From the NCBI GenBank assembly GCA_027622595.1, contig JAQBZZ010000004.1, forward strand, positions 575 to 64,574: a stretch of 64,000 nt of DNA. Reading direction: 5' to 3'. The notes under the pieces are model-generated. The model did no database searches. It was not told the origin of the DNA and saw nothing but the letters and a program-made list of their open reading frames with translations. The stretch is from Chloroflexota bacterium. GTDB lineage: Bacteria > Chloroflexota > Dehalococcoidia > Lucifugimonadales > UBA2985. Shown one piece after another: positions 63,804-64,000 of the stretch (position 1 is its first letter; every line of letters begins with the position of its first letter). The position numbers were made by a program, and so were the translations under genes.

Positions 63804-64000
63804 CAATTCAATCCCGGTTCACAGATCGATTCATTGGTCCGATGAGTTTATGGGGGAGATAGCAATGGGAGGGGCAGCAAGGAGGTGGCTAATCTTCCAC
63901 TGCCTCTCCCATTAGTGAGGAGGAGATATCGTTTTTACCCCTGACCCAGGTATGAGTCAGGGTTTCTGTTGAAGGCCCAGGCAGATAGAGGGGCTTCGCG

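Noticed and set aside
63864-63913. A 14-bp-stem hairpin (AATGGGAGGGGCAG...CTGCCTCTCCCATT) and neighbouring small hairpins near the window end. These might belong to a structured ncRNA.
   Set aside because: I could not match the region to tmRNA, RNase P, SRP, 6S or any riboswitch signature by eye. It also lies at the window edge without downstream context.

Overview
This is a 64-kb bacterial chromosomal segment of moderately high GC, judged by eye. The gene content suggests a Chloroflexota genome, possibly Dehalococcoidia or SAR202-like; that is inference only, with no search run. The supporting content is the futalosine genes mqnE-mqnA-mqnC, DUF5679 and CxxC zinc-ribbon mini-proteins, a PAC2-family protein, type II glutamine synthetase, a T-box-controlled citramalate synthase, a PPi-type phosphofructokinase, and many GTCATTGCGAGG-type palindromic intergenic repeats. 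Most of the window is housekeeping: pyrF-DUF951, cmk-plsC-glmS, dgt, dnaG-rpoD, pfp, tRNA-Arg(TCT), fabI, uvrB, yebC, rpsP-KH-rimM, cysK, cimA, rpsO-pnp, dapB-asd-dapA-glnII, plsY, thiI, the csoR-copA-YHS copper module, polA and the mqn genes. Small accessory insertions are scattered among these genes. The main observations are: (1) At three separate sites a 0.6-2.1 kb cargo cassette lies between an intact gene 3' end (uvrB, an alpha/beta hydrolase, polA) and a diverged, displaced copy of that same 3' end, with no recombinase present. (2) A GrdB/PrdB-family reading frame continues through an in-frame TGA in a UxxC motif followed by a SECIS-like hairpin (a candidate selenoprotein that the ORF track splits in two). 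Its N-terminus is replaced by about 145 aa of a YciI-linked ECF sigma factor. (3) A translationally coupled block (8-TM protein, DUF58, TgpA-like, then MoxR) carries Gly in place of the transglutaminase catalytic Cys. (4) Two hicA toxin genes are both disabled, one by a stop at codon 2 and one by a frameshift, while their hicB partners are intact. (5) A lower-GC 510-aa orphan has a C-terminal Rx4H motif and a G12 homopolymer in its 3' end. (6) A complete T-box leader with an apparent AUC (Ile) specifier precedes cimA. (7) Two families of nested-palindrome repeats share modules that occur in either orientation. All family assignments come from motif recognition by eye, not from database searches.
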